Shown here: positions 1-11,653 of the stretch, in pieces
Numbering within the stretch: position 1 is the stretch's first letter
Layout: every line of letters begins with the position of its first letter
Assembly: GCF_048593235.1 (NCBI RefSeq)
Contig: NC_133622.1
Coordinates: 170,996,001-171,060,000 of the forward strand
DNA length: 64,000 nt
Source of the DNA: Sminthopsis crassicaudata
Taxonomy: Eukaryota
Reading direction: 5' to 3'
Position numbers and translations under genes: made by a program
Notes under the pieces: model-generated
Seen by the model: the letters and a program-made list of their open reading frames with translations, nothing else
Database searches by the model: none
What the model was told of the DNA's origin: nothing

Positions 1-965
1 TCTGGATGCAATGATAGCCAAGAATTTGGAACTATGCTCAAAAAGTTATCAAACTGTGCATTCGCTTTGATCCAGCAGCATTTCTACTGGGCTTATATTT
101 CAAAGAAATCTTAAAGGAGGGAAAAGGACCCACATGTGCAAAAATGTTTGTGGCAGCCCTTTTTGTAACAGTTAAAAACTGAATGGATGACCATCAATTA
201 GAGAGTGGCTGAATAAATTATGGTGTATGAATGTTATGGAATATTACTCTTCTGTAAAAAAAATACCTGAATAGGGGTGGGGGGGACACAGCTAGTTAGT
301 GTAGTGGATAGAATACCAGCCCTGAAGTCAGGAGGACCTGAGTTCAAATCTAGTCTCAGACACTTAACACTTCTTGGCTGTGTGACCTTGGGCAAGTCAC
401 TTAATCCCAATTGCCTTAGCAAAAAAGAAAAGAAAGAAACAACAACAAAATGATTACAGAGAGGCCTGGAAAGACTTACGTGTACTGATGCTAAATGAAA
501 AGAACAGAACCAGGAGATTATTATACATGGCAACAACAAGTCTATATGATGATCAATTCTAATGGACATATCTTCTTCAACAATGAGATAATTCAAACCA
601 GTTCCACTTGCTCAGTGATGAAGAGAGCCATCTACACCCAAACAAAGGACAGTGGGAACTGAATGTGGACCACAACATAGCATTCCCATTCTCTCTGTTG
701 TTGTTTACTTGCATTTTGTTTTCTTTCTCAGTTTTTTTTCTTCCACCTTGATCTGATTTTTCTTATTCAGCAAGATAATTGTATAAACATGTATACATAT
801 ATTGGATTTAACATATATTTTAACATATTTAATGTATTGGACTATCTGACATCTATGGGAGGGGATGGTGGAAGAAAGGGAAAATTTGGAATAGAAGATT
901 TTGCAAGGATCAATGTTGAAAAATTACCCATGCATATGTTTTATAAATAAAAAACTGTAATTAAA
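1..965 (+). mobile_element. LINE-1 3' fragment (end of ORF2 plus 3'UTR), interrupted by a SINE
   Basis: Begins in the L1 ORF2 C-terminal region (ggaactatgctcaaaaagttatcaaactgtgca...cacatgtgcaaaaatgtttgtggcagcc). This is the same sequence as the minus-strand L1 ORF at 27749-28114 ([11 protein letters not shown]...CAKMFVAAL). It ends in an A-rich tail near 950-975. Confidence 0.9.
281..450 (+). mobile_element. WSINE1-type marsupial CORE-SINE inserted in L1
   Basis: tRNA-derived head (agtggatagaataccagccctgaagtcaggaggacctgagttcaaatc), CORE (gctgtgtgaccttgggcaagtcacttaa) and A-rich tail. Confidence 0.85.
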
Positions 966-2774
966 AATAAAGAAAATTGAATGTATAAACTAAAAAAATG
1001 ATAGCTAAGTAGAAATTGTCAATTTTAAAATATTGATGAAATTTTGAAAATAGAGACATTTTAAAAAATTAAAGTGAAAGAAACTGACTTTTAATATTTA
1101 AAAGTGAAAGTTATCTTAGAGATAATTTTAATTATTTAATTTAATACCATTTAATTTAATTTAATTTAAAACCATTTAATACCTTATCCCAAACTTTGTT
1201 CATGGATCTTCTCTTCTTCACAAGACACAAAATAGGAGCTCAGATAGGTGCAAAAGTCCAAATTTGATTAATGTACTCTGTTGGCATAGGATGGGCTGAG
1301 GCAATGACCCAGCATGCCCCATATAGTCCTGGCCAGTCTTTTACCAATTCAGTAACATGCCCAAACACTCCTTTTTAATTCACTTTCTTACTCACTGATT
1401 TCTTTCCTCATCCATCACTCATTGATTGGCTCTTTCTAAGTGCCAAGAAACCAGCCTTTAACCATGCTATATAACACAGATTCAACCCTTTTGCACAAGC
1501 ACTGAATTCCTGCTCTCATGCTACTTCTGCTAAGAAACTCCCAATCACTCGAGACAAATGTCAACTTTTTCATAGGATCTTTGATTTGAAATTTTAAAAG
1601 ACCTTAGAGGTCAAATCCTCTCATTTTACCAGAAAAAAAGGAAACTAAGGCACACAGAGATTAAATAACTTTCTTTAGATTCTCCTAGACAGTTTGGCAT
1701 GGCTCTTTGATATTGTTCAGGTTCAAGATGGTGTTTTTAGGGGTCATCTGTGAAAAGCAAAGTACTTGCAAGGAAGCACCTTCTGGGAAGCTGCTTCTCA
1801 GGAACTCCAGACCACTCTATACACAATTTTATTAAGAGGAAATATTCCTTTCTTAGAATCACTTTTTGTTGACCAGGATGCAGAGAGGAAAAAACAATTT
1901 TTTTTTTTTTTTTTAAGTCAAAAGTGGAATACATGGACTTGAGTTCTTAACTTAAAGCCATGAGGATAAGCACATGTTCTCACTGCATTATTCTTGAGCT
2001 ATATAGGCTGGCATTGCTACTGGGATGAGTCAAGAAGGAAGGTGGGTTCTGGAAAAGGAAAAAAAAAATTCCCTTACTCTCTTCTCTTGCTTTAATTTCA
2101 AGGGTGACATGACAAAGTCCTAAAGTAATGTATTTAAAAGAGGACCAGAGCCTCTCACTTATAGCTCACCAAGGGAGCATGATCTTTTTGATTCTGTGGT
2201 CAATCTTCTTAAACATATCCTTGGCCACGAGAACCAAGGAAGTCACTGCATCATGTGCATATTTTAATAAGGATCCAAAAATGGCTTTAACAAGGTTCAG
2301 AGAAAGAACTCAGACTATGCCCAAAGCATATATCTAGCTCCATTAGAAATGTCCAATCCATTCTCTCCAGACACATTATAAAAGTCATAAAAGTTATGTG
2401 TTGAAGTCTTTCCCATAATTACCTAGTTGAATAATACCCAGAATTTACATAGCATTTTAAAGTTTGCAAAGCATTTTATGTATATTACTTCATTTAAGCC
2501 TCACAATAAGTCTAGGAGATAAATACTATTATTATCATCTCTGTTTCATAGATAAGGAAACTGAAGATAACAGAAGTTAAGTGACTTGCTCAGTAATATA
2601 CAGGGAACTCAAAGCTTTTTAACTCCAAGGTTAATCCTATATCCACTGAATTACTTGACTATCTTTAGCAACCTCTAAATCCTCAAAAACAGATGTCTCC
2701 TAAGCCTCTGTCCTGGGTTCCCATGATAACAAAATTTCAAACTTCAAAGAGTCAAGTTCCATATCTACTTCATT

Positions 2775-3170
2775 GGAGGGGGGAGCAGGGAAAAGGAAGA
2801 AGGAGAGGGAAAGGGAAAAACAGGGGAGAGAAGGAGAGGAAAAAGAGGGAGAGGGAGAAGGAGAAAGGGAGGAGAGGAAAAAAGGGAGAGGGAAAGGACA
2901 GTGAGAGAGAGAGGGAGAAGGAGAAAGGGAGAAGGAAAGGAAAAAGAGGGAGATTGAGGAGAGAGGGAGAGTGGGAGGAGAGAGGGAGAGGACAGGGAGA
3001 GGGAGAAGGAGAGAGGAAGGACAGGGAGATGGGTGAGAGGTAGAAAGAGAGGGAGAAGGAGAGAGGGCGAGGAAGAAGGAGAGAAAAAGAGAAAGAAAAG
3101 GAGAAAGGGAGACAGTAACAAGGAGAGAGGAAAAGAGGGACAAGGAGAGAGGGAGAGAGAGAGGGGGAGA
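2775..3170. repeat. ~400-bp polypurine (GA-rich) low-complexity tract
   Basis: Almost exclusively G/A on the + strand, with recurring gagggagaaggagaaaggga units. It generates the spurious ORFs 2693-3043, 2700-3242 and 2765-3121. Confidence 0.95.
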
Positions 3171-4827
3171 GTGCTCTCGATCCTCCTGACTTAAAATTTC
3201 CAGAGAATTTTCAACATCTGACAGATTTAGTGACATTGACAAATGTAGTTCTTTCCTTCTTTCCCAAGTTCTTCACTATTTAAATCCTAGTTGTAAAATT
3301 AGAATTCTAAGTTTCCTGAATCGATTCATTGTTGATGAGTTCTGGCTTGTCAACAGTCAAGAAAGATAATGGAAAAAAAGTCTTTGGTTCCATGCCCACT
3401 GTCATATCCATGATAATTATAGAGATATAGAAAGGGTTATAGTCTGTTGGAGATACACCATTAAGGCAAGGTTATATTATCAGTGGAAGGAAAAAGGGGA
3501 GAGAAATAAAAGAATAAAAGAAAACAAAGGATTCTCAAGCCAATGTACAAATGACTTTAAGGATTTTCTGAAAGTTACTATCACAGAATAATATGGTTAG
3601 AGTTTATTCTAGCAAAAAATTCACTATTTCCTCTCTTATTCAGATCAACAAAGAGAAATACACTTGATTAGTAACTAACATTTGAAAGGACATCCCAGTA
3701 ACTGTCCTTTTACATTTACATTTACTTGGACATTTACAAGCTTTAAGAAACCTTAAACATGTTCCTTCCTCATACTGGGAAACAGGTTTATCATCTGTAA
3801 AATAAAGGACTTTATCTCTAAGGTCTCTTCCCATCTCTATTATTCAATAATTCTGTACATCTATGATTTGCTTGTTCAGTTTGTCATTGTTTCTAATATG
3901 ATATCACTGGATTATGAATTGAGAGTATTGTTAAGTAATACTATGTGTCCGATTCTGTACCAAGTGCCAAGGATACAAATATTTTAAAAAGAGAAAATAC
4001 CTCACCTCAAGACATTTCCATGCTAATAGGGGAAGATAATTCTTATACAGGTGACTATGTAGAAATATTTTATTATGCAGCAGTATAAGGGGAAACTAAT
4101 GAAATGGTCCAGGTCGATGGAGAGATAGGATGTTCTCTTGAAGCATTCTTAGGTAATAAATATTTAATTTTTCAATCAGCAAATCACATTTAGGAATAAA
4201 ATATGTTTATTAACTCAGAATTGAGGCCCCATAAGAATTAAGTATCAATTTTTTAAAAATGTAAAGTGAGGCATATTTGAAACAATTAAAGTTGTAAGAA
4301 TGATTAACAACCTTAATGCTCATCATATTTGATTAAGTATATCCATGAAATCATTAGTAATTATTTGTATAAATATGTAAATTGGGAAAGTTAATAGTTA
4401 AGGTACCCATAAAAGACAATAAATCAAATGTAAAAGTTTCTTGGAGTTCAGGACAAGTTCATTAACCTTATATTAAACAAAATTATCTTCCATTCTGAAT
4501 CATACTATCACTGGGTTATTTTTAAGTGGGTATGTGAGTATAAGAAAAACAATGAACTACTTATAATTTTAGTGACAACTGTAAAATCAATAAATAATTC
4601 ATCCTTTCCCCCAGTATATAAAGTCAATCTTTCTTTAATCAGAACATTTTTATTTTAATATATGTAAAATAAGAACCTAAACTATCATGAAAGATTAATT
4701 TCTTTTGTGTTTCCAGTATGAGAAGAAATATGGAATAGAGGAATGGATGCTAAACTTGGTGTCAAAAGACAACTTGTTGAGTATAAATTTTGCTTCTGTT
4801 ATTAATTAAAGTGTGACCTCATAAAAT

Positions 4828-5095
4828 AGGGCAGCTGGGTGGTTTAGTGAATAAAGAATCAGACCTATAGACAGTAGGACTCATCTTCTTGAGTTCAAAT
4901 CTAGCATCAGACACTTCCTGTTGTGTGACCCTGGAGAAGTCATTTAAGTCCCCTCAGGTCCTCATCTGCAAATTCCTCATCTGTAAATGTAGCTGGAGAA
5001 GGAAATGAAAAACTGCTTCAGTATCTTTACCAAGAAAGTTGCAAATGGGATCACAAAGAGTCAGTCATGACTGAAACAACTGACCAGCAACAATA
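4828..5095 (+). mobile_element. MAR1-type marsupial SINE
   Basis: CORE-SINE head plus RTE-like tail (ggagaaggaaatgaaaaactgcttcagtatctttaccaagaa...actgaaacaactgaccagcaacaa). Confidence 0.75.
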
Positions 5096-6084
5096 AAATA
5101 GTGAAATAATCAGTTTTTCAACCATAAAATGGTAATGATAGCCACCTCAGACATTTCTTATGTAATTCTGTGATTTCATTGGTTATAGGAAACTTTCTCT
5201 ACCAATGTAGGCTACTTTCTCTACACATTGTAATCTTAGGAGAGTTGCCTAGGATGCCAAGAAAGTAAGTGACTTGCCCAGGATCATAAAACTAATATGT
5301 AACTGGAACCTATATCTTATACATTATTTCACACTGAGAATTCAACAGGACTCTTGTAAGGGTCAAACAAAATGATGCATATATTTTTGCAATCATTAAA
5401 GCACTATAATAATGATAGTTCTTAATATATTAATATGTATGATAGCTCTATGGAAAAAATGAGTAAAAGTGAGCACATATTTCATTTATAACTCCCTCAC
5501 ACTAAGTTCCTTGGTCTTAACATGGGTTTCATTCATTTTGTAATCCTTAAAATCTTATTGATTCTGGTAGTTTTTCTTAAAATACTAAACAGCAAAGAGA
5601 CTTTAATGATGATTTAGTTCTACTTGAGGTTATTTGGTCTAAGAAAGCAGTTTATCTTTTCACATATGTAGCACTATTTTAAAAATATTTGAAATTATGA
5701 ACTAAACAATTATCAACTATTATATTTAATGTCTTCCAAATCATTGTTAGAAATGCTAAACTCCTCAAGACCAAAGGAGTTGTAGCAATTTATTCTTTCC
5801 AAATGGGTTATGGATTTCTGAAGTTCCATTCATTCAAGCAGTTTATCTGCACCTACAAATATCATTAAGACCACATCTTTTCATCTTGTTCACAAGGTTG
5901 CCAAATGTTTTCCTGATATCTAGGAATATATATCTACATCATCCCTCTGAATGAAGTGAACTAGGAAAGTTGTCTTGCAAAATGGAGACAGTGTTCTAAA
6001 GACTGAGGGAAGGTTGGTTGTGCCCAAGGGCCAGGTTTCTTTCTCCAGAAATCACGGGGTTTATAAGGAATGGGACCTTTTCTT

Positions 6085-6608
6085 TGTGAGACTTGAAACT
6101 CACATATAAGGTAATTTAGTAATACTAAAGATGTGATTGAGTTGAAAGTTTTTCCTTACTTATGACTTAAAATATGAGGTCGTTTGTCCTGGCTAATCAG
6201 GGCAAAGATGTAGCCTATAGGGAGTATTACCCCTGGTCCCTATATCTACCCTCTTATGTTTAGAGGACAGATATTAGGTGAGATCGATAAATTAGGACTC
6301 CTATGAGGGCTAACAGGAAAGCCACAATCAGGTTTAAGTTAACAGGAAGCATAAGGTATTCATGGGGTAGAACCATATTAAAGAACTCAAAACCTTTGTG
6401 CTCCCATTACACCATATCATAGTAAGGTCAGCTAAATAAGCTATATAATTCTTATCTGTTAACTGGGCCTTGCCTCTTCTTGCCTAACTCCTTTTGGGGA
6501 GGGAGATGCCCTTTTTCGAGAGATGGTAATAAGTTTCCTCTCTGCTTTTGCCTTGAGAAATCTCCTTAATTTATTTGATTTATTTGAGCTGGTGGTCTTT
6601 GTCTCACA
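6085..6608 (+). mobile_element. Solo LTR (ERV-like)
   Basis: 8-bp inverted termini TGTGAGAC...GTCTCACA, ~520 bp long, with an internal TATA-like ctatataa and a polyA-like aataag. No matching TSD found (tctt / catc). Confidence 0.6.
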
Positions 6609-6673
6609 CATCACCAAAAGCTGCTCCCAAAAGAAAAATGGAGTATGTCAAGGATTAAACTACCATAACATTT

Positions 6674-6806
6674 NNNNNNNNNNNNNNNNNNNNNNNNNNN
6701 NNNNNNNNNNNNNNNNNNNNNNNNNNNNNNNNNNNNNNNNNNNNNNNNNNNNNNNNNNNNNNNNNNNNNNNNNNNNNNNNNNNNNNNNNNNNNNNNNNNN
6801 NNNNNN
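6674..6806. other. Assembly gap (133 N)
   Basis: Run of N. Confidence 1.
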
Positions 6807-6845
6807 TGTCATTTATTATCTCCTGTTCTTTCTGTCACCATTTTT

Positions 6846-6994
6846 TTTCTTTTTTTTTTTTGAGGCTGGGGTTAAGTGACTTGCCCAGGGTCACACAGCT
6901 AGGACGTGTTAAGTGTCTGAGACCAGATTTGAACTCGGAGGGTCCTCCTGAATTCAAGGCTGGTGTTCTATCCACTGCACCACCTAGCTGCCCC
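6846..6994 (-). mobile_element. WSINE1-type SINE with 14-bp TSD
   Basis: Poly-T, then reverse-complement SINE ending ctagctgcccc. Flanked by ctgtcaccattttt (6832-6845) and ctgtccccattttt (6995-7008), followed by aa, which is an L1 endonuclease TT/AAAA site. Confidence 0.92.
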
Positions 6995-7755
6995 CTGTCC
7001 CCATTTTTAACAAAGAACAGTGAAAGTGTGTGAATAATTTGATAACTTTTTTAGTGAGATTACAAATTGTTTTTTTCAGTATTATTTAGGCCAATTACAG
7101 CTCCACCAATACTGTATCAATATATCTTCCTGTAGCTTTTCAAACACTGACAATTTTATCTTTTATTAAAAAAAATGAGAAGGTTAAAAAATGACTTTTA
7201 AGATACCCTTCAGATTTAAATCTTTTGTCCTATAATTCTTGCTGTTTTGATAAAGGTGAAGCGACATCTGAGTTGCTCAATCTGCATTTCTTCTAAGAGA
7301 TTTAAAATATTTTTCATGTAGTTATTAATAAATTGCTTTTCTTCTTTTGATTCCTATATACTACTTATTTTTAAAGAATGGTTCTTAGGTTTAAATATAA
7401 TATAAAATCCATGTACTATACATAGGCTATCACAATTTAATCTATGATTTAATGAAGTTATCTTCTTCCCACTTGACAGTTTATTTCCTTTTTTCTAGCT
7501 ACATTGATTCTGTTCATATAAAAGCTCTTTTGAACTATCTATTCTTAGTGAACCATATTAGCTCTGAGTGATCTGTGCTTCACTTTGTACACATCAAGCA
7601 TTCTTATTCCTTAAATAATTCCTTAATTAATTCTTTAAATAATATCTTCTAGAAGTTTATAGAAATAAAAATTAAATTGAAAAAGCTATGCTTTATATAC
7701 TACAAGCATCATAGTGCCAAAATCACTTGTTATTGTTATTGTTGTTGTAATAGAG

Positions 7756-8466
7756 TGTAAGAAACAAAATATCTTACCAAGAACTCCACTGACTGGCTGA
7801 TGAATGCAGGAAAGATTTATTTTACATTCTTGCAAAAATATGTGCCTAGATTAATATACACACCTTTGCTACTCCAAGGGCAGCATTTTATTTCCTATCC
7901 TGAAGCACTGTAATGCCAGAGAAACTGAGGCAAGATAGAGATATTTAAATATTTATTTTAAAGGGAGAGATTTACTGGGACCAAATGGATCCATGGTTTG
8001 GTCCCAGGACTGAATGAGACTATCATCTCTAAGAATCCAGCAAACAATGTGAGTTCTCAATGACCTATATACACATGGCTCAGACTCGGGGGTAGATAGA
8101 GGCAGGGGCAAAGTCCGGGTGCTGAGAGCAGGAACAGGACTCTGACAGGGTGGGGTGAGCCTCCAGTGATGAGGGAAGGCAACTTGATAAGATGGTATCT
8201 GACATTCCAATAGCTTGGTATGGGGAGAAGCATTCTGATATTCTAAAACATAAGATCTTTTATCAAATATTCTGATAAAGAGGGAGAGGAGATTTTGTAG
8301 GACTAAGCTTTGAACTGATAATTATAAATTTAAGCAGAACAATTAGAGAAACTGAGTCAGGACTGGGTCAGGATAATTAGGGAAACTGAGTCAGGACAAT
8401 AAAAGAGAACTGTGGCATAACAGTACAGACCCCCCCCTCCCCATTCCCCATTAATTGGATATTACA
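7756..8466 (-). mobile_element. Probable outer LTR (7756-7908 plus 8423-8466) interrupted by a second LTR
   Basis: Starts TGTAAG and ends ATTACA, with AATAAA on the minus strand (tttatt at ~7816). 48 bp (7781-7828) match 36175-36222 at 45/48. TSD not resolved. Confidence 0.45.
7909..8422 (-). mobile_element. Solo ERV LTR, family A, copy 1
   Basis: TGTAATG...CATAACA termini with a 4-bp TSD GCAC/GTAC (1 mismatch). It is the reverse complement of 25493-26040. Confidence 0.9.
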
Positions 8467-10483
8467 GAAATTACATGTCATGAATTTCTACCAATCATTA
8501 CATAGCTAGTCTCTGCTCCCAAGGAACTTATATTCTCAAAGGGGGAAGGGTAACAGAGAAGGGCTAAGGGAAAAGAACAAAAAGATTCTTTTCAAATCTC
8601 AGCCTCGATCCCTGATTACAAAAGTCAATCCCTGTCCTCTAGAGCTTACATTCTTTTTGAGGGAAGATAAAGTCCACTCTTGATGTCCACATGGGTTTCA
8701 GTTTTCTAATTTAAGTTTCATTTCTCCAATTTCATTTTCATAGCTATGGAAAACAAATGTCCATACATTTCTCACAAGAGGGTATCTAGCTTAGAGTTCA
8801 GATGGAAGAGAGATTCCTATAATTGTCAAGGTTCTCCAGATGTTTCCAGTTACAGATGACACTCTACTGATGGTATCACATGTTGGAACATTGCAAAGTC
8901 TTCTAAATTATAAGGGTCCGGGGATTTGGTCAACCATCTTCTACAGAAAACCAAATGAATGAAAGCTGTTTCTTATATAGGCAATATTGAGTTTTTATTA
9001 TTAAATATTTGTCGAGTCAATGAAATAACAAATAACCAATTAATACAATCTGAAAATTTGTCACCAAGATAGTATATATTTATGCACACCCATTTTTGGT
9101 GGCCTACCACTTTTCCCAACCCTCTCCCTGGAAAATTAAAATAAATAAATAAAAGAAACTCAATAGCAGTGACACTTTCTGAGAGTTGTAGTCCATTAAT
9201 TTCTTTCCTTTCTGGATCCCTGTCTTCTCTCTTTCAGGGAAAATAAAAATTGATGAGTTGGGGAATGAGAAAGTCACATACATGAAGTCCTACTGTGCTT
9301 TCTGATGTTGAAAATATAAATACCCATACTTGTGAGCTTCTAACTTTGCTATCCCTCTATTATTCCTACTGTCAGATATCACAAGGGAATTCATTGAGGC
9401 AGTAAATAAACCCATTCTCTGTCCGCAAATTCCCAAGTGACTTGTGGCAAAGATATTCACAGCCTGTTGAATGAGCAATGAGGAATGCTCCTTGGAGACA
9501 TTGAGGGTCATTGTTTTGCTCTCATTTCTGTTTCTTGCTAATGCAAAAGTGAGGCATTTGTTAGTCTTGCCGAATGGATGGGACATGCTTTTTCTTTTTT
9601 ATGTTACTGAAAAGAATCAGAGGAATCTGAGTGACAAAGCTATGAATAAATGTGTGATCTCCCCCCTCCTCCACCACCCACTGCCACTTTTCTGCATCTT
9701 TTCTATTCCTCTTTCATGTGTATACGTATTTGAAGCAGCAAAGCCCAAAATACCAACATGAATTTTGCCATGTGAGGTTAGCAAGCCTCCTATGCTGTCC
9801 ATCTGTCTTTTTTCTTTTTTAGCCAGAGTAAACAATATGCTAATTAATATCTTTTTAGCAATCTGATAGCACTAGACTTTAAGTTGTTGAAATATAAAAA
9901 AGCCCCCCAAATCTGGCCCCAAATAGACTTTTAGCTACATTTTATTGCTTGTAACTAAATGCTCAATATTGGACTGGAGATTCTGGAAGGTTCATTAATT
10001 AATAGATGTGCCTAATGCAATATTTTCTTCTGATGATAAGAATTGCTACAAAGTTCATGTCACTTTTATTTTAAAGCATTTTTTCTTATAACATCCCTGT
10101 GAGCTATTATCTCTGTTTCACAGATGAGAAACTTGAGACTCTGAGAGATGACCTGACTTACATGCAAGCTAGTCAGTCTTTAAGGAGTCTGCCTCAATTT
10201 CCTCTGCTCCAACTCTTGAACTCTATTCACAATATCTTGGTACTTGTCACTACACAAACTTTCCTTCTATTATTGAAAAGTGATGTCTTTTTTATTTTAA
10301 TGGAACACATGGTAAAAGAGGAACACTATATGTCATCTACCGTTATAATAATAGAATATTATTATAGAATATATAATAGAATAATAGAATAGAATAATAG
10401 AATCACAGGTGATTCTAGCATTTATTTTTCTCATAGTAGAAATATTGGAAATAATAATACATGTGTTATGTTGCTATCAATTC

Positions 10484-11061
10484 TGATGAGATCCAGGATA
10501 GCTATGTGGGCACTGATAAAGTCAGAATTATTACATACAATATGGAAGCCTAGCTACTCCCAGAAGCAACAGAGAGGAGCACAGATAGGATCATTTGAGC
10601 CTTAAGTGAGCCTTTTGTTCTTAAGTAGCCCCTTTGTTCCTTGTCAATACCATATATAGACAAAATCATCATAACCCCACAGTCACTTTATCCAATCAGA
10701 AAACCAAATTATGATATCAATCCTCAAAGATATATTTTTTTTCCTAAAAAAGCCATATTTATATTGTTAACCTCCCCTCCCTCCCAACTTTTTAGAAATT
10801 TAGCCAGTCAGGCAATGGTATAATCCCCTACTTGCCTTGCCTTAAAGATATCTTCCCCATAATGATGTCTTCCCCTAAATGGTATCTTCTTCCTCTTAAA
10901 TGTGAGTTCTGCTAGGGTACTTAGCTCTAATCATTTCCTTGTTAATTCCTAAAAGTCATTATGGATTTAGTCCACTGTTAGTAGCATAATAAAATCTTTG
11001 CCTTTTGATTTGGAGAAGGTCTAGGAATTCTTGTGAGCCACTGAACCACCTCACCACATCA
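10484..11061 (+). mobile_element. Probable LTR
   Basis: TGATG...CATCA termini, CCAAT (10692-10696), AATAAA (10988-10993) and a U5-like 3' end. No TSD match. Confidence 0.55.
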
Positions 11062-11064
11062 GCC

Positions 11065-11653
11065 TGATGGGGCTTGAGGTCCCTTTAAGAACCCCCCCCC
11101 CCATGGCTGACCTTTGATTTACAAATCCTGGTCAGTGGGCTTTCTCCATCCCCCACAGGATCTGAGCTAACTTGAGTTTTCCCAACCCCCATGGCTGACC
11201 TTTGATTTACAAATCCTGGTCAGTGGACTTTCTCCATCCCCCACAGGATCTGAGCTAACTTGAGTTTTCCCAACCCCCATGGCTGACCTTTAATTTACAA
11301 ATCCTGGTCAATGGGCTTTTCCCATTCCCCACAGGATCTGAGCCAACTTGGGACATCACCCACAAGCCCCTTTAGGCATGAAAGAGCCAAACTGGAGCTC
11401 TCTTTTTGCAGGAGCCCTCCCCCCCCCAAACATGGTATCCTTCCAGGCCATGTAAGGGTTCCTGCCCAACCAGTGGCCATCTCTAGCCCTGGCATCTTTC
11501 TACCTTTAACTTTACTTCCAAATCCCTACAATGAACCTTGTCATCAATCTAGGTTTTCAAGCCTATAAATTGCTTTTACAGGGGATTAGGCACCATCATA
11601 CGACTATCTTTGCACCGACTCAAAAGGGGTTCCCCCTTCCCTAACTCTCATCA
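11065..11653 (+). mobile_element. Solo ERV LTR containing three tandem 88-bp repeats
   Basis: TGATG...CATCA inverted termini and a perfect 4-bp TSD AGCC (11061-11064 and 11654-11657). Confidence 0.9.
11098..11350 (+). repeat. Tandem repeat, period 88 bp, ~2.9 copies
   Basis: atggctgacc recurs at 11103, 11191 and 11279. Copies 1 and 2 differ by one base (gggc/ggac). Copy 3 is more diverged. Confidence 0.97.

Noticed and set aside
2693-3242. Long ORFs at 2693-3242 (also 39861-40382, 41512-41961, 17853-18170, 54894-55178)
   Set aside because: These are translations of GA, AGAC, TA or TG simple repeats.
4051-4152. Strong-looking AG/GT-bounded exon
   Set aside because: There are stop codons in all three frames, and the acceptor lies at the edge of an L2-like relic.
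11098-11350. CRISPR-like array
   Set aside because: The repeats are head-to-tail with no unique spacers, sit inside a TSD-flanked LTR, and are in a vertebrate genome.
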